DNA of 64,000 nucleotides from Okamejei kenojei (taxonomy: Eukaryota). Positions 49,286 through 60,703 of the stretch are shown here, piece by piece. The notes beneath the pieces were generated by a model. That model worked only from the letters and a program-made list of their open reading frames with translations. It ran no database searches and was not told where the DNA came from. How positions within the stretch are numbered: position 1 is the first letter of the stretch; every line of letters starts with the position of its first letter. The stretch covers positions 28,768,001-28,832,000 of the forward strand of contig CM069140.1 of assembly GCA_035221665.1 (NCBI GenBank). Reading direction: 5' to 3'. A program made the position numbers and the translations under genes.

Positions 49286-49629
49286 GGTGCTTCCTCCGTA
49301 CTGAAAAAGAAACACACCGAGTCGCCACGCTCACCAGAAAAGGTAAGACTTACCTTCCGTAATTTTTCAAAACTCGCGCTGGAGGAGCGGCGCTCCTCCC
49401 GACTGTCGCTTCCGCAATGCGTTCGACGATATGTCGCGCATGCGTCCTGGCGGGGTCTTCACGTAGTCACTCACGTGACTCCGAAGTAAAATGTTACTCG
49501 TGTTAATGATGAGTATTCAGTTGTGTCTATGTGGGGAAGGACTCCTGACTGATGTGCTAATATTGGGTATGGTTCATCATTGATGTGTTGTTTCAGTCTC
49601 TCCATTGGTATGTTCATCCAGGGTAGGTC

Positions 49630-49915
49630 TTTGTGGGTGAAGCAGCTATCTCACAGTGTCCTGACCTCGAGTGCTGTCTGTGTGGTGTTTGCACGTCCTC
49701 CCTGTGACCATGTGCATTTCCTTTGGGTGCTCCAGTTTCCTCCCAAATTCCAAAGATATGTAGGCATGTAGGTTAAATAGCTCCTGTAAATTGCCCCTAG
49801 TGTGTAGGGTGGGAAAGTGGGATAATACTGAACTGGGGTACCGGTGATCGATGGCTGGTGTGGATTCCATCGGCTGAAGGTCTGTGGCAATGCTGTATCT
49901 CTAAAACTAAACTGC
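49630..49915 (+). mobile_element. HE1-like V-SINE
   Basis: V-domain and ctaaaactaaa tail. Confidence 0.75.
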
Positions 49916-50270
49916 ATTATTCTGCCAGCATCTGGAAGGGTTCCCTAGAAATATTTGCCAAACCTCCTCCCCACCATGTCCCACCCCCATCTCCCACTCC
50001 TGCTCACATGGACATGGATGAATATTGATCATGCGCAGGAAGGGTAGATTAGTTTAACTTGGCATCATATTCTATGTGGACATTGTGGGCTGAAGGGCCT
50101 GTTCCTATTCTGTTCTATGGGAAGGGGCACTAGGGAGAGCATTAATAAAGTGAAGTCTTCACTAGAGAGTTAATTAATATTGTGAAAGGACTTCTCACAA
50201 ATTCATACTTTGAAGAACTACCCAGTCGTGCATTTACATTAGGAAGTATTTTTTGGTAGCTTGTCTTTGT

Positions 50271-50542
50271 TTCAGTTTTAATTTTAGAGAACAGTGTGGA
50301 AACACTGACCAGTGATCACTTGTACGCGAGTTCTAGCCTACTCGTTAGGGACAATTTACAGAAGCCAATTAACCTACACAATTGCATTTCTTTGGGATGT
50401 GGGAGGAAACTGGAGCATCCGGAGAAAACTCACACGCTCACAGGGGAATGTAAAAACTCCTGACAGAGAGCATCTGAGGTTAGGAGCAAACCCGGGTCTC
50501 TGGTGTTGTAAGGCAGCAACTCCAACACTGTGCAGCCTCCCC
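50271..50542 (-). mobile_element. HE1-like V-SINE with 27-bp flanking direct repeat
   Basis: Repeat at 50244-50270 and 50543-50569 (25/27). Confidence 0.8.
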
Positions 50543-51174
50543 AAGTATTTTCTGGTAGTTTGTCTTTGTCTGGAGGTTCTCGCTGGGAAAGACCTAATTG
50601 TTTAGACAACCCCAGTATCTTGGCACGATATTAACCAGATAAGAACATGTGGTTCTAAAAGAAATAGCCAGGCTGCTCACACAGTGTTTAAAAGCTCGAT
50701 GTCCTTACCTTTTCCAGCTTTTGATGAGCCCCCTCGGTGTCTGACATGTGCTTGCATTCTGAGGTTCCTGGCAGTGGGTGGCAGGATCTTTCCTTTGCAG
50801 AACTGTTTAACCTCGGGCTTGGTGAGATTCTGCATGGTCAGGTGCCGGGCTCCAACACGGGGCTACAACCATCTGAATGAGCCATCGATTATATGACACT
50901 GAGATCAGACCTGTCAACAGTGTGCTCCCTTCACGTTTAATGATCGTCATGTAATCAGTCTCAGATGGAACTTGCTTCAAGTCATTGAGTGCTGGGGCCG
51001 TATTAACATAATCCTCTCAAAATGCTCACCCCATCACAAAGTGCCCAGGCTGGCTGTCAGCTACACCAGTTTGTGTCCGACACTCTTACCTCTGGCCTTC
51101 AATCAGTGTGGGAGAAGGTTGCTGATGGACAGTCCTTTCCTTCCTCCCCTCCCTCACTGGCAGTGTTTCTCCAC

Positions 51175-52020
51175 TTCACAATCACAATCAGTTTTATTCG
51201 TCACTTGCACATAATGTGCAAGTGAAATGAATTTGCCAGCAGCGGTACAATGAAAAAGAGCACACAAAAACACAATAAAAATTTAACACAAACATCCACC
51301 ACAGCATTCATCACTGTGGTGGAAGGCACAAAATTTGGCCAGTTCTCCTCCATGTCCCCCCGTGGTCAGGACCTCAACCCTCTGCAGCCCCCGTTGCGGG
51401 CGTCCAGATGAGTAGACAAGGTAAAAGTCCAGGTAAGTCCAGAATTGGTGCCTCCCCACCGGAGACAGCGGCTTCAGGTTGGTGTAGGCCGCAGGCCGGC
51501 GGTTGAAGATTTAAAATTCCCGCCGCACCGCAGCCGGAAGCACTGCAGACCCCAGGGCCGGCGGTCGAAGCTCTTCTCCGGCGAGGGACCCCGCTCCAGA
51601 TGATAAGTCCGCGCGGTAGTTGTTGGCCGCGGGCCGGCGGTCAGAGCTCTTCTCCTCCCGGGTCCCCAACGAGGGATCCCAGGACGCCGCGCCGGCTGGA
51701 GCTCAGCAGACCCCGGCTTCAGGCTGCCACGGGCCCTCCGGCGAGGGCTCGCCCGCTCCACGACGAGAGGCCACGCTGCGCCCGCTGCTGAAGCCCCGGG
51801 CGCGTCTCCGGGAAAGGCCGCACTGATCCTCGATGTTAGGCCACGGGGGAGGCGACATGGAAAAAGTCACCTCTCCGTGGAGGAGGCGACCGAAGCGGTT
51901 TCCCCCTTACCCCCCCACACAAGACACACAGAGGAACATTAAAAACATACATTAAACACACTAAAAACACAAATAAAGTAGAAAAAAACCTTACACGCCG
52001 ACGCAGCGCCCCCACCGACC
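51175..52020 (-). mobile_element. Non-coding GC-rich retroposon with Rex1-like tail (copy C)
   Basis: (acaatc)n tail, tcactgtggtggaaggc motif, CpG-rich interior, G-run/ggaaac 5' module as in copies A and B. Confidence 0.7.
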
Positions 52021-52054
52021 AATTCAATGTGCTGCCTCGTGGATTAGCAGCAGG

Positions 52055-52955
52055 AACAGGCCCTTTGCTCCACAGTGTCCGTGCCAAACGTGATGTTGTG
52101 CTGAACTAATCTTATCTGCATGCATTCCTCCATTGTCTGCATTTGCATGTGCCTATCTAAATGTGCCTACCTGCCTCCACTACTACCCCCAGCAGTGCGT
52201 TCCAGGCACTCATCATCCTCTGTGTAAAAATAAAACTTGCCCCATACATCTCCTTTAAACTTTGCCCTTCTCAACGTAAAACTATGCTTTCTAGTCTTTG
52301 ACACTTCCACTCTGTGGAAAAAATACTTCTGTCTGTCGTGTCAATATCTCTCATATATACTTCTATCAAGTCTCACCGCAAATTCCAGTGTTCTGGAGAA
52401 AACTCGGGGTGGTGCAGCGGTGGAGTTGCTGCTTCTCAGCGTCAAAGACCCAGTTGCGATCCTGATTACATCTGCATGGAGTTTGCACGTTCTCCCTGTG
52501 ACTGTGTGGGTTTTCTCTGGGTGCTCCAGTTTCCTCCCACAGTCCAAAGACATCTAGGCTGTAGGTTAATTGGCTTCTGTAAATGGTCCCTAGGGTGTAA
52601 GATAGTACTAGTGTGTGGGTGATTGTTGGTCAGTGCAGGCTGATGGGCCTGTTTCCATATTGTATCTTTAAATTAAATTAAAACAATCCATGTCCAACTT
52701 CTCCTCGTACCTAATACCCCTAATACAGGTAGCGTTCTGGTAAACCTATCCTGCAACCTCTCCAAAGCCTCCAAATCCATTCTGTAATGGGGTGACCAGA
52801 GGGGCACACAATATTCCCAATGCAGCCGAACAAATGCCCTGTAGAGCTGCATTATGATCTCTTGACTTATACTCAGTGTCCTGACCATTGAAGGTGAGCA
52901 AACCATACGCCTTCTCCACCACACTGTCTACTTGTGCCACCACTTTCTCTGGGAG
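52055..52955 (-). mobile_element. CR1 fragment interrupted by a plus-strand V-SINE (52405-52685)
   Basis: LYRAFVRLHWEYCVPLWSP...LERLQDRFTR. Confidence 0.8.
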
Positions 52956-53280
52956 CATTGGAGGCTGAGGGGCGACCTAATAGTAGTTCACAAGTTCTAA
53001 GAGCAGAATTAGGCCATTAGCCCAATCAAGTCCACTCTGCCGTTCAGTCATGGCTGATCTATCTTTCCCTCTCAACCCTGTTCTCCTGCCTTCTCCCCGT
53101 AACCCCGGACACCCATTCCGGGGGGGGGGGGGGGGGGGGGGGAGCAGATTCGATGACAATGTTTAAGAAGCTTTTAAACTGGGACGGGATGGATGGGTAG
53201 AGGCCTTGTGCAGGTAGATGTGCAGTTTAAATTGGTATCTTGATCAGCACAGAGGGCCTGTCCCTGCGTACTGTTCTAGC

Positions 53281-53587
53281 GGGCAGCACAGTGGTGCAGC
53301 AGTTGAGTTGCTGCCTTCCAGTGCCAGAGTCTCGGGATTGATCCTCACTATGGGTGCTGTCTGTATGGAGTTTATACACTCTCCCCGTGACTGCGTGGGT
53401 TTTCTCTGGGTGCTCCGGTTTCATCCCACACTCCCGAGGCGTACAGGTTTGAAGGTTAATCGGTTTTGGTAAAGATTGTAAATTGTCCCTAGTGTGTAGG
53501 ATGGTGCTAGTGTATGTGAATCGCTGGTCGGTGTAGACTCAGTGGGCCGAAGGGCCTGTCTCCATGTTGTATCTACAAACTAAACTA
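53281..53587 (+). mobile_element. HE1-like V-SINE
   Basis: Full head to tail. Confidence 0.85.
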
Positions 53588-53869
53588 GGTTCTAGGTTTT
53601 ATTTTCAATGATTTAAGACCACCAAATGAAGTTAACAGAGGACTTTATTAACACAACCGTTTGTGTTGGGCCTCATTGTAACAGTGCAGGAGGCCCCACT
53701 CTGATAGTTCACAGTGCGAAGAGGATTGTAAGGGACACCAGGAATTTTGGGACTGCCCTGCAAACTGAAAATAGGTATTCTGCAAAACAGTCAGCCAATC
53801 GGTATTTGATTTCTGCATTGTACAGGAGATTAACTTTGTTAACACTGAATGCTGGAGCTGTAAGGTAGA

Positions 53870-54720
53870 GCTGGGGAAAGTAGGTGAGATGCAGACATGG
53901 TCTGTATCAACTATGCTACAAGGAAAGACATGATTCTGGAAGACATTTCCAAGATACTTGTGTGGATAGTCCCACCAGCAGAGCAGATACATTGGAGGTC
54001 GAGGAATCGGGAGAATGTTTACTGGCAGCAGGGTGTGAGGAAGTAGATTCAAGTGAGCAAGGAAGATGGTAGGGCTCTGGGGAGTGTTGTGGAGCAGAAG
54101 GATCTAGCAGTACAGATCCTTGCAGGTGGCATCACAGGTAGACTGGCTGGTCAAAGAGGCTTTTGGCACATTGGCCGTCATCAGTCAGAGTATTGAGTGC
54201 AGAAGTTGAGAGGTCATGTTGAAGTTGTAGAACACATTGGCGAGGCCATATTTAGAGTATTGTGTTCAGTTTTGGTCACCCTGTTGTAGGAAGATTGATG
54301 TTAAGATGGACAGGGTGCAGAAAAGATTTACGCGAATGTTGCCAGGAATCCAGGGCCTGTGCTGTAGGAAGAGGTTGAGCAGGCTAGGACTCTATTCCTT
54401 GGAGCACAGGAGGACGAGGGGTGATCTTGTAGATGTGTACAAGATCATGAGAGGAATAGATAGGGTAAGTGCACAGAATCCTTTGCCCAGAGTAGGGGAA
54501 TCGAAAACCAGAGAACATGAGTTCAGGTGAAGGGGGAAAGATTTAATAGGAATCTGAGGGGTAACTTTTTCACACATAGGCGATGGGTGTATGGGACAAA
54601 GGTGTATTAGGGGGATATGGGCCAAACACAGGCAGGTGGGACGAGTGTAGATGGGACATGTTTGTTGGTGTGGGCAGGTTGGGCTGAAGGGCCTGTTTCC
54701 ACGCTGTATGACTCTATGAC
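53870..54720 (+). mobile_element. CR1 LINE 3' fragment
   Basis: RPYLEYCVQFWSP...VQKRFTRMLPG...RGDLVDVYKIMRGID; (ctatga)n tail. Confidence 0.9.
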
Positions 54721-56094
54721 TAAGAGGATTAGCCTGAAAACGACCCGCCGTTCACAACCTCCTCACTTTGATCTGCATCCCCTTCACATCAACCACGGCC
54801 AGAGATCTTGTGGATTGCTAAACCGTGGTGTGGCTTGTCTATCGACGTGTATTCCAGCTGTAAACTCCCAGGACAGTCTGCGCTTGTAGCTGAGAGAAGC
54901 CACTGCTGTCAGACACAACAAGACAAATGGCTCCTGAAGCCCACAACATGTGCCTCAACATTGACAGATCGCAGGGAGCTGTCCTCAACTTGGCAGACAC
55001 GCTTAATTTACAATTAATAAATCTGAATATAATATTTTTCCTTTCATTATCAGCGTCGACTAGCTGACAGCTGCGGTGACAGGAGGGGTTAGTACTGAGG
55101 AGAATAACCTGTTAAAATCCTATCTGATTCCACCTGCAGTCAATCATTTTTTCTTTGCACAGGAATTTTTGTAAATGAGTCCCTGACAGAAATTAAAGCT
55201 GTCGTCTGCCTTTTACCTCCGCTTTCGCCAAAGCCGGCGTCAAAATGCTTGTTTAAATCTGCAGCAATTTTTTTAATTCCCTGTTTGGGTGTCTTGTATT
55301 ATTTGGATCCTGTCATTCTCCACATGAACGTTAACCATTGCTAGCAACTGGGGGGGGGGGGTGAAAGTGTCATGCAACAAAGATTGTGTTTATAAATGGC
55401 TTTCACAGCCATGCTTGCTGCAATGTATCTCGCAGTCTCTGTCGTACTGTTGTGATGAAGGAAACAAGGCGGATGATAAGTGTTCGGTTCCCGAAAAAAC
55501 AATGAGGTGATAAAATATTGAGATAAAAAGATGATGGTGATTGGGGGTTAAATATTTGCCCAGACATTGGAGAGAACTTTCCTGTGTGTCTGAACATAGA
55601 AGAGCCTGCTCACGATGAAACCTTGAGCAAAGAAACAACTCGCTGGAGGAACTTGGCGGGTCAGGCAGTCCCTGTTGAGGGAAATGGACAGACAACATTT
55701 CGGGTTGGGACCCCTCTTCAGACTGATTGAGGTAGACAGGAGAAAATTGGTAAGGAGAGGAAGGGGTGGGACAAAAGTTGGCGAGTGATGGGTGGATAGA
55801 GGTGAAGAGGGTTGAGGGCAGAAGGGTAGAGATAGTAATGAGGCCTGGAGGTGAAATGGAGACAAAGGGGTGCCAGCTAAGGAAGACCCTTCGGATTAGG
55901 ATACTTCTCATGTGTGTCTTCTTGTAATGGAAGATGTTTTGGATTAGGATATTTCTTCTGTGTCTTAGTGTCTCGTTGGAATGGTGGCACCTCATTAGAG
56001 ATGAGATGTCTATGGTATGTTGCCAAATAGAGCAGTATAGCTCAGAAACAGGGCTCTTTGGCCCACAATGTCCATGCCATATGTGATATTGTAA

Positions 56095-56625
56095 GGGGTG
56101 ACCCTTATAGAGATGTGTAACATCATGAGCAAAATAGATAGGGCAAGGGCAAGTCTTTTATCCAGAACAGAGGGGAATCGAGAACCAGAGAACATGGGTA
56201 AAGTTGAGAGGGGAAAGATTTATTAGAAACTTGAGGGACAACTATTTTTTTAACACAGAACAGTGGGTATATGGATCCAGCTGCAGGAGGAGGTAGTTGA
56301 GGCAGGTACTAGCACAATGTTTAAGAAACATTTCGACAGGTACATGGATAGGATAGGTTTAGAGGGATATGGACCAAACACAGGCAGATGAGACTCATGT
56401 AGGAAGGAACTGCAGATGCTGGTTTACGCTGAAAATAGACACAAAATGCAGGAGTATTTTTGAAGAAGGGTCTCGACCTGAAACGTCACCCATTCCTTCT
56501 ATCCAGAGATGCTGCCTGTCCTGCTGAGTTCCTGCAGCATTTTGTGTCTAACATAGATGGGACATGTTAGTTAGTGTGGGAAAGTTGGGCTGAAGGGTCT
56601 GTTTTCATGCCGCTACTATGACTCG
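56095..56625 (+). mobile_element. CR1 3' fragment with an inserted Penelope foldback (56398-56550)
   Basis: CR1 tail resumes at agatgggacatg; core tgaagaagggtctcgacctgaaacgtcacc. Confidence 0.8.
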
Positions 56626-57229
56626 ATAATTAGTTGACAGCACAATGTTTCGTGCAAGCTCATTTTAAAAGTAATTTGACTTCTTAAATGTGTTGTCCTT
56701 AATCATTTTTATTAAAGACTTGTGTTCTGAGATTCTCAGTCACGTTACTTCCACAAGGAAACTGTTTGTGGGATTTCCACACAAGACAGATGGTGCAGGT
56801 TGTCTTGTGATATTCTTCCTCAGTGTTTACAGTCAACTATAATTAAGGCCTGTGTGAGAGATGTACTATTGAAAAAAGGAAGATTGATTGTGGATTTCTT
56901 CCTTTTCCTTTGTGTATTATAGAATATGGAACAGTACAGTACAGGAAAAAACCTGTCTGCCCAGAATGTCTATGCCAAACATGGTGCCAAATTAAACTAA
57001 CCCCATCATGTCTGTACATGATCCATATACCTCCATTCCCTGCAGGTTCTTCTGCCTGTCTAATGCCTCTTAAATGCCTCTATTGTGTCTGCTTCCACCA
57101 ATTACTCTTTTCTTCTCCCCCCCCCCCCCCCCCCCCCCCGCCCCCCCACCCCAGCAGGACTGCTGCCTTACAGCACAAGAGACCCGGGTTTGATCCTGAC
57201 TACGTGTGCTGTCTGTACGGAGTTTGTAC

Positions 57230-57283
57230 GGGGTGGGAGATTGCAACCTTCACGTGGTCCGCCCTCTTTCGACTAATGCAGTC
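57230..57283 (+). ncRNA. Minimal HDV-like self-cleaving ribozyme (predicted; P1.1 mutated in this copy)
   Basis: P1 ggggtgg/ccgccct, P2 gattgca/tgcagtc, P3 acc/ggt, L3 ttcacgt, J4/2 C-U-A-A. Confidence 0.75.
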
Positions 57284-57367
57284 AACTGGACGTGCACAAA
57301 CGGAAGATCAAATAGAACAAGTTGTCCTACAACTTTAGGCCGTGCACGCCACACGAAAGAAGAAGAA
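57231..57367 (+). mobile_element. 137-bp retroposon with (GAA)n tail and 12-bp TSD
   Basis: TSD ggagtttgtacg 57219-57230 / ggagtttgcacg 57368-57379; ends gaaagaagaagaa. Confidence 0.9.
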
Positions 57368-57886
57368 GGAGTTTGCACGTTCTCCCAGTGACCACGTGGG
57401 TTTTCTATGGGAGCTCTGGTTTCCTCCCACACTCCAAAGGCGTATACTTTGTAGGTTAATTGGCTTCAGTTAAAAAAAAAAAGTACATTGTCCCTAGTGT
57501 GTGTAGGATAGTGTCGGTGCTCAGGGATCGCTGGTTGGCACAGACTCGGAGGGCCGAATAGCCTGTTTTTGCGCTGTATCTCTCAAATCTAAAGGGAGGG
57601 GGTGAATCTGAGGAGCAGTGAGAACCTAAAGGGCTCCCCAGACAGCAAAGGTTTCCTGGATTATGTTCACTTGGCAACATCCAAAGACTGCAAAATGCAC
57701 GATCAATAGGAAAATCACAAATGCAATTATTGTCAGGAAGCTGTCTGATAAACATTCTGAAAGCCGTACAGAAAACACAACTGATCCCCGGCTATGAATA
57801 ATGAATACCTGCTTGCTAATTAGATATCCTGTCCATTTCCTCCTCACCTGCTTCATTGCTGTGCAGTTTAATTTATCTCTGAACAG

Positions 57887-58082
57887 CTCAGAGCGAAAGC
57901 TCCGATAATGGCAAATAGTGAATCTTTGGCCAGCAGTTCGGAGGGGGCAGTACTAAAGACATCAAAGTCTTCTGCATCTGGGGTCGAAGACAAACAGGCC
58001 AGTCTACGGCCCAAAGTCATGGATCAAGGACAAAAGATTCTTCACACGGAGAGCAAAATCACTGGCCAGGACGAATTACTTG
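57887..58082 (+). other. Candidate exon of an unidentified gene
   Basis: tttatctctgaacag acceptor, open frame LRAKAPIMANSES...GQDELL, G|gttaga donor; no homology recognised. Confidence 0.25.
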
Positions 58083-59744
58083 GTTAGACTGAAGAAAATA
58101 ACCAGCAAGAGGGGAGAGTGAAGAGCAATCAAATGAGTAAATCAATTGGTTAACTTAGTAAGGTGCACAACTATAAAGTGATGGAATGACATCGAAGGTA
58201 ATTAAACAAGTGAGGAGAGAGGGGGCAAGAACAGAGTGAAAGGGTGACAGTCCCAGATACATCCTCGCAGTTCCTGAATGGGGAAAGCTGATGAAGCAAG
58301 AAAATAAAGCAATGAGTGGCAAATGCTAAAGATTGACAATGAAATTGAATTTCATTTGGCAGTGTCTTCTCAGTAGTTCTCACATATAACATTGGTCAGC
58401 ATTGATTTTTATGTACTGCTCTTATCTGTGTGATCTTTGAGGATTGTTCTGTGTAATCCCTCTGATGCTCAGAAAAACTGCAAATGCATGAAGAGGTGCT
58501 TTTTGTGTTATTGGACTTCTGCCCCTGCCCTGCAGATCCCGTTCCATCGGGTAGTGCGTTGATGTAACATTGTTTTCCTTAAATGCTGTGTTATCTTGTG
58601 AGCACTGTTACACCTCAGTTCAATGTGACGGTACACCACTAACTATTGTTAATTTAACCCTATGTTTTTGCCGTTGAATACCCCATTGGCTCTGGGCTGT
58701 TGGTAGTAATCGGGCTACACTTGGGTTCTTTACTTTTCTTTAATTGCTCGCAATCAAGACTCAACATGCGGTCTCCAGGAGATTGAGTGCGCGGAATGGA
58801 CGTGGCCTGCAGTGGTGCCGAGCGGTGGAGCAGCGGTGGAGGTACACCTACAGCTTAGATTGGCCAGGCCCGACCCTGCAACACGGCCAACTGGCCTTTA
58901 CGGCCAGCTGCAGCTTGGACTTTGAAAATGGCAGCGAAACCTGGCGACTCTTGTGTATATGGTCTGAAGGCTATGCAGAAAAGGAATTTCTCTGTCCATG
59001 TGTTAATAAAGAACCATTGAACCACATGTCCATCAGGGGACTTTGTGTGCTAAGTCCCCAATACAACAATTGCCAGTAGGAACCAAAATTAATGTGCATT
59101 TGAGACTAACTAACCAAAGTCCCACACAATAATAATAAACAACAATACAATTAGTAACAGCATCAGCGTCTGAAAAGCCTTCAAGTTTAGAATGCTCTGC
59201 CATTCACGGTTAACGCCACAATGCACATCCGCCGTAACTCCACTGCCGCATGCCTGCCCGCCCGCCCGCATCAGGGATGGGACACTGGAGCGCAGGCCTT
59301 TACTGCTCAGTGGGTCTTTCGTACAATGCTCATACAACACTGCTATCATCTTCAAATACTGGCTACACCCAGTGCATTATTATTGCAATGATATCCCAGG
59401 TACAGTGCCTACAATGAATACCGTAAATACAATGGGCTCCTTTGAAGAAGTTCTCCTCCTCTCTGACAGTAGTTCACAGAGACCCTCTCTCGCTGTCCCC
59501 CCTATCCACCTATCACTTGCCAGGATTTGGCCCCCAACCTCTCTTTTCCAATTCTCTTCTCCCCCCCCCCCCCCATCAGTCTGCAGAAGAGTCCTGACCT
59601 GAAACAATGTCTGTCCATTGCTTCCCACAGATGCTGCCTGACCCACTGGGTTCCTCCGCTGCTTTGTGCTTGGCCACATTAAAGCTGTTGGATTTAGCAT
59701 CAGGGCCCTTTACATCAATTCCATCTTCAATCAATCTTCTTTTT

Positions 59745-59968
59745 AGACTATTAGTAATACAGCACTGAAAGAGGCCCATCGCGATACCGACCAGCGATCT
59801 CCCAGCGGTGATTACACTACCACGATCCTACACACTAGGGACAATTTACAATTTGCCGAAGCAAATTAACCTACAAAGCCGCACATCTTTGGAGTGTGGG
59901 AGGAAAGCGGAGCACCCGGTGAAAGCCCATGCGGTCACGGGGAGAACGTGCAAACTCCGTACGGACCG
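59745..59968 (-). mobile_element. HE1-like V-SINE 3' part
   Basis: V-domain and tail. Confidence 0.75.
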
Positions 59969-60024
59969 TTCGGAGAATCTTACCTGAGTGCGATATTTGT
60001 GGAACTTTGTGCTAGCTAAAAATA

Positions 60025-60703
60025 AGCATGCAGGTACAGCAGGCAGTGAAGAAAGCTTATGGCATGTTGACCTTCATAACAAGAGGAGTTGAGTATAGGA
60101 GCAAAGAGGTCCTCCTTCAGTTGAACAGGGCCCTAGTGAGACCACACCTGGAGTATTGTGTGGTGTTTTGGTCTCCAAACTTGAGGAAGGACATTCTTGT
60201 TATTGAGGGAGTGTAGTGTAGGTTCACGAGGTTAATTCCCGGGATGGCGGGACTGTCATAGATTGGAGCGGCTGGGCTTGTATACTCTGGAATTTAGAAG
60301 GTTGATAGGGATCTTATTGAAACATATAAGATTATTAAGGGTTTGGACACGCTAAAGGCAGGAAACATGTTCCCAATGTTGGGGGAGTTCAGAACCAGGG
60401 GCCATAGTTTAAGAATAAGTGGTAAGCCATTTAGAATGGAGATGAGGAAACACTTTTTCACACAGAGAGTTGTAAGTGTGTGGAATTCTCTGCCTCGGAG
60501 GGCGGAGGAGGCTGGTTCTCTGGATGCTTTCAAGAGAGATAGAGCTCTTAGGGATAGCGGAGTGAAGGGATATGGGGAGAAGGCAAGAATGGGGTACTAA
60601 TTGTGGATGATCAGCCATTATCACATTGAATGGCGGTGCTGGCTCGAAGGGCCGAATGGCCTACTCCTGCACCTATTGTCTATTGTTTATTCTCTATTGT
60701 CTA
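60025..60703 (+). mobile_element. CR1 LINE 3' fragment
   Basis: QVQQAVKKA...RPHLEYCV.FWSP...HFFTQRVVSVWNSLP; (ctattgt)n tail. Confidence 0.9.

Larger units (their letters stand above)
45004..49492 (-). mobile_element. DIRS1-type tyrosine-recombinase retrotransposon, full length, ORFs decayed
   Basis: 35-bp perfect ITR (45077-45111 / 49431-49465); ICR 45225-45337 complementary to both termini; gag, RT, RNase H, MT and YR remnants in the expected order. Confidence 0.95.
57150..57592 (+). mobile_element. HE1-like V-SINE hosting a 137-bp insertion
   Basis: SINE is collinear on both sides of 57231-57367. Confidence 0.85.

Noticed and set aside
48950-49489. 179-aa plus-strand ORF
   Set aside because: Antisense shadow of the GC-rich DIRS 5' region
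55390-55995. 201-aa minus-strand ORF
   Set aside because: Read-through across a Penelope pLTR and an old SINE; no coherent protein
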